NCBI GenBank assembly: GCA_934675625.1
Contig: CAKURH010000004.1
Location: 640-64,639, forward strand
From: an uncultured Kiritimatiellota bacterium
GTDB lineage: Bacteria > Verrucomicrobiota > Kiritimatiellia > RFP12 > UBA1067
Reading direction: 5' to 3'
DNA: 64,000 nucleotides
In this document: positions 61,278 to 64,000 of the stretch, piece after piece
Layout: every line of letters starts with the position of its first letter
Numbering within the stretch: position 1 is the stretch's first letter
Made by a program: the position numbers and the translations under genes
Notes under the pieces: model-generated
What the model was told of the DNA's origin: nothing
Database searches by the model: none
The model's input: the letters and a program-made list of their open reading frames with translations, nothing else

Positions 61278-62387
61278 ATGGAGTCACTTGTGCGCGAAGA
61301 AAAACAGAGACAGATCGTCGAGACGCTGCGAAAGGACATTTCGGATGGCCGCTATGGCCCCGGACGTCCGTTTCCGAGCGAGCGGGCGCTGGCGCGCCGC
61401 TTCGACGTGTCGCGCGCCACGGCCGGCATGGCCCTGCGCGAACTGCGCGGCAAGGGCCTCATCGTGCAGGAAACGGGGCGCGGCACGTTCCTGACGCGCA
61501 AGGCGCGGGCCCTGAGCGGCTCCATCGGCTTCCTTCTGCCGGACTTGAACTGTGGCGAGATCTTTCCGCCCATCAGCCGCGAACTCTCCCGGCTCGCCCA
61601 GAAGGAGGGGTATACGCTCCTGTTCGGCGACGCCTCGTCAGACGATCCGGCCATCCGGGCGCAACTGGCGCGCGACCTTGCGCGGAAGTTCGCCGAGACG
61701 CCCGTTTCGGGCGTCATCTACAAGCCGCTGGAGTTCGTGGCGGACATGGAGCGGATCAATCGGGAAATCGTCGCGACCTTCGACCGGGCGAAGATTCCGG
61801 TCGTCTTGCTGGACTGGGACATCGCCGTCTCTCCTGACCGCAGCGCCTACGACGTGGTCAGCATCAACAATTTCGAGGCGGGGCGACGCTTGGCGGACTA
61901 CCTGTTGCGGACGGGGGCGCGCCGCATCCGTTTCGTGACGTGGCGCAACTGCGCCAACAGCGTGCGCGATCGCGTCAGCGGCGCCCGCAGCCTGCTGCCG
62001 GACGGCGCGAAGACGGAGCTGGCGCTGGACGTGACGTCGCCGTCGGCCGTCCGCCGGGCGTTTGCGGGGCGCAACGCGCCGGATGCGGTCATCTGCGGCA
62101 ACGACACGAACGCGGCGCGCCTGCTCGCGGCCCTGCGCGCGATCGGCAAGCGCGTGCCGGACGATGTGCAGGTGGTCGGCTTTGACGACGTGCAGCACGC
62201 TTCGCTTGTGGAGCCCACGCTCACGACCGTCCATCAGCCGTGCGAAGACCTGGCGCGCCAGGCGTTTCGTTCCCTGCTGGACCGCATGGAGAACGCGTCC
62301 CTCGCGCCGCGCGAATGTCTGCTGGATGCGCCGCTGGTCGTGCGCCGCTCGACGAAGGGAGTCTTAAGGAAAGGTTGCGGAAAATGA
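61278..62387 (+). CDS. transcriptional regulator with GntR-type winged HTH and LacI/PBP1-type sugar-binding domain
   Basis: The GntR HTH is ..PSERALARRFDVSRATAGMALRELRGKGLI... The LacI-family core shows ..IGFLLPDL.., ..ICGNDTNAA.. and ..VVGFDD... Confidence 0.8.
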   Translation: MESLVREEKQRQIVETLRKDISDGRYGPGRPFPSERALARRFDVSRATAGMALRELRGKGLIVQETGRGTFLTRKARALSGSIGFLLPDLNCGEIFPPISRELSRLAQKEGYTLLFGDASSDDPAIRAQLARDLARKFAETPVSGVIYKPLEFVADMERINREIVATFDRAKIPVVLLDWDIAVSPDRSAYDVVSINNFEAGRRLADYLLRTGARRIRFVTWRNCANSVRDRVSGARSLLPDGAKTELALDVTSPSAVRRAFAGRNAPDAVICGNDTNAARLLAALRAIGKRVPDDVQVVGFDDVQHASLVEPTLTTVHQPCEDLARQAFRSLLDRMENASLAPRECLLDAPLVVRRSTKGVLRKGCGK

Positions 62388-62842
62388 GGACAAGACGATT
62401 CACGGCGACCATCATCCGGGGGCACCGCGTGGCGTCCGGGCTGGACGGGAATCCCGACTTTCCGGGCGGGACGTTGCGGATGCAGGCGCCCTACTTCAGA
62501 AAACTGGGGCTGGACCTTGCGTCCTACTATCTCGGTACGGTGAACGTGTCCCTCGCGCCGCGCCGGTACAGGGTCGTCCGCGCGCCGTGGACGTTCCCGC
62601 TCGTCAAGTGGCACCCGGTCGATCCTGCGGAGACGTTCTCGTTCTTCCATGTCTGGCGCATTCTGCCGGACGGCGGTCGGGTCGCGGGGCTTGTCTACTA
62701 TCCGCACCCCGAAACAAAGCCGAAGAACTTTCAGCCGGACGACATGCTGGAGCTCATGTTCCCGAAGATGGACGACGTCTCCTATGGTGCGACGCTGACG
62801 CTCGAAGTCGATTCGGACGAACTTGAAATCGACGAGGTGTGA
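62384..62842 (+). CDS. hypothetical protein (weak resemblance to the DUF120 / CTP-dependent riboflavin-kinase beta-barrel)
   Basis: The gene shares an ATGA overlap with the regulator gene. ..IIRGHRVASG...FPGGTLRMQ....LGL.L..YYLGTVNV.. recalls the G.V.SG...YPGTLN pattern. The family assignment is tentative. Confidence 0.35.
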   Translation: MRTRRFTATIIRGHRVASGLDGNPDFPGGTLRMQAPYFRKLGLDLASYYLGTVNVSLAPRRYRVVRAPWTFPLVKWHPVDPAETFSFFHVWRILPDGGRVAGLVYYPHPETKPKNFQPDDMLELMFPKMDDVSYGATLTLEVDSDELEIDEV

Positions 62843-62843
62843 C

Positions 62844-64000
62844 ATGACACGTGGCAGGGTCTGGTTCTTGGCGCTGGTCGCCGCGCTCGGCGGGTTCCTC
62901 TTCGGATTCGACACGATTGTCATCAACGGCGCCGAACAGGACATCCAGCGGCTCTGGTCGCTGTCGGGGCGGATGCATGGCGGCGTCGTCAGCTCCGCCC
63001 TGTGGGGCACGGTCGTCGGCGCGCTGATCGGCGGCGCCTTGTCCGACCGGTTCGGGCGCAAGCGGACGCTTCAGTCCGTCGGAGCGCTGTATCTCGTCAC
63101 GGCCGTCTGGAGCGCCTTTGCGGGAGGCCCCGGCGAAATGATCGTCGCGCGTCTCGTCGGCGGATTCGGCATCGGCATCTCGACCATTGTGGCTCCGGTC
63201 TACATCGCCGAGATCTCTCCCGCCGAAAGCCGGGGACGGCTCACGGCGCTCTTCCAGTTCAACATCGTCTTCGGCGTCCTCGCGGCCCTGACCTCGAATC
63301 TCCTCCTGAAGGACGTGGGCGCGAACGCCTGGCGGTGGATGCTGGGCGCGGAGGCGTTTCCCGCGCTGGCGTTCGTCCTGCTGACGCCGTTCCTTGTCGA
63401 GAGCCCACGATGGAGGGCGATGAAGGCAAAGGAAGAGGTAAGGGGGAAAAAGGAAGAAGCAAGGCGGGAGGCGTTCTTCTCGAAAGCCAATCTCCGCCCG
63501 ATCCTGCTGGCGTTTCTTGTGGCGTTCTTCAACCAGATGAGCGGGTGCAACGCCGTCAACTACTTTGCGCCGCGCATCTTCCAGTTGGCGGGGCTTGGAC
63601 GTGACGCGGCGTTCCTCTCGTCGTTCGGGCTCGGCATCCTCAACTTTGCCGCGACGTTCACGGGGCTGTGGCTCATCGACCGTGTCGGGCGGCGCGCCTT
63701 GCTGCTGGCGGGCGGTGTCGGCTATCTCGTGTCGCTCTTCGGCGCGGCGGTGTCGTTTGCCGTCGGGAATGGGCCGCTCGCCGCCGCCTGCATCTTCCTC
63801 TTCCTCGCCGCGCACGCCGTCGGGCAGGGCACGGTCATTTGGGTGCTGATCGCGGAGGTCTTTCCGCAGCGTTTTCGCGCGCAGGGCCAGGCTCTCGGTG
63901 CGTTCACGCACTGGATCTTCGCGGCGCTGGTGGCATTCGGATTCCCGATGGCGGCGGAGGCGGTTCCGGCTTGGGCGATCTTCGCCTTCTTCGGGACGAT
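62844..64000 (+). CDS. MFS sugar porter (XylE/GalP-like); 3' end outside the window
   Basis: My own translation from ATG 62844 stays open to the window end. It contains FLFGFDTIVINGA, SDRFGRKR, VAPVYIAEISPAESRG, VESPRW and WVLIAEVFPQRFRAQG. The gene is missing from the ORF track because no stop falls inside the window. Confidence 0.85.
   Translation, partial: MTRGRVWFLALVAALGGFLFGFDTIVINGAEQDIQRLWSLSGRMHGGVVSSALWGTVVGALIGGALSDRFGRKRTLQSVGALYLVTAVWSAFAGGPGEMIVARLVGGFGIGISTIVAPVYIAEISPAESRGRLTALFQFNIVFGVLAALTSNLLLKDVGANAWRWMLGAEAFPALAFVLLTPFLVESPRWRAMKAKEEVRGKKEEARREAFFSKANLRPILLAFLVAFFNQMSGCNAVNYFAPRIFQLAGLGRDAAFLSSFGLGILNFAATFTGLWLIDRVGRRALLLAGGVGYLVSLFGAAVSFAVGNGPLAAACIFLFLAAHAVGQGTVIWVLIAEVFPQRFRAQGQALGAFTHWIFAALVAFGFPMAAEAVPAWAIFAFFGT

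Overview
This is a 64-kb high-GC bacterial chromosome segment, coded almost entirely on the plus strand. The gene content includes TAT-signal Gfo/Idh/MocA oxidoreductases, a DUF1080 fusion, DUF1573, a prenyltransferase-like repeat protein, a beta-helix/PKD protein and PflAB. That mix suggests an anaerobic member of the PVC group (Kiritimatiellota/Lentisphaerota/Verrucomicrobiota-like), but this is inference only.

Recognisable core blocks:
- the ctc-rpsF-ssb-rpsR-rplI ribosomal operon, running on into a tandem-GT2 gene, plsY and an LMW phosphatase
- an AraC-controlled hexuronate/sugar-oxidation cluster (uxaC, two TAT oxidoreductases, TIM-barrel::DUF1080, exuT-like MFS, kdgK, gnd)
- metF, a stand-alone MetH activation domain and metH
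- queD and chrA
- a XylR-type regulator with a beta-helix protein and a glycoside hydrolase
- a zinc-ribbon protein coupled to clpC
- pflB-pflA
- tRNA-Arg(CCG)
- two FtsX/MacB-type ABC systems
- a GntR/LacI-hybrid regulator with a sugar-porter MFS, cut by the window end

Main observations:
1. A 12.4-kb mosaic accessory island lies at about 30240-42591. It contains a prophage tail-fibre/lysis fragment abutting a 5'-truncated rhs gene, and two different Rhs C-terminal cassettes with candidate immunity genes. A T8 homopolymer puts the first CT domain out of frame with the Rhs core. A 246-bp direct repeat (236/246 identical) marks a duplicated, truncated immunity gene at the island edge.
2. A recurring extended -10 element (consensus TGGTATAAT) sits 6-11 nt upstream of at least 11 start codons, which implies widespread leaderless mRNAs.
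3. Very AT-rich or purine-only short tandem-repeat spacers occur inside otherwise GC-rich operons.
4. A lower-GC patch (1650-5700) carries a decayed AAA-ATPase/nuclease gene, a DUF3990 two-gene module and a DUF4143 ATPase.

No rRNA gene, CRISPR array, integrase or transposase was seen. All protein-family calls rest on motif recognition by eye, not on searches.
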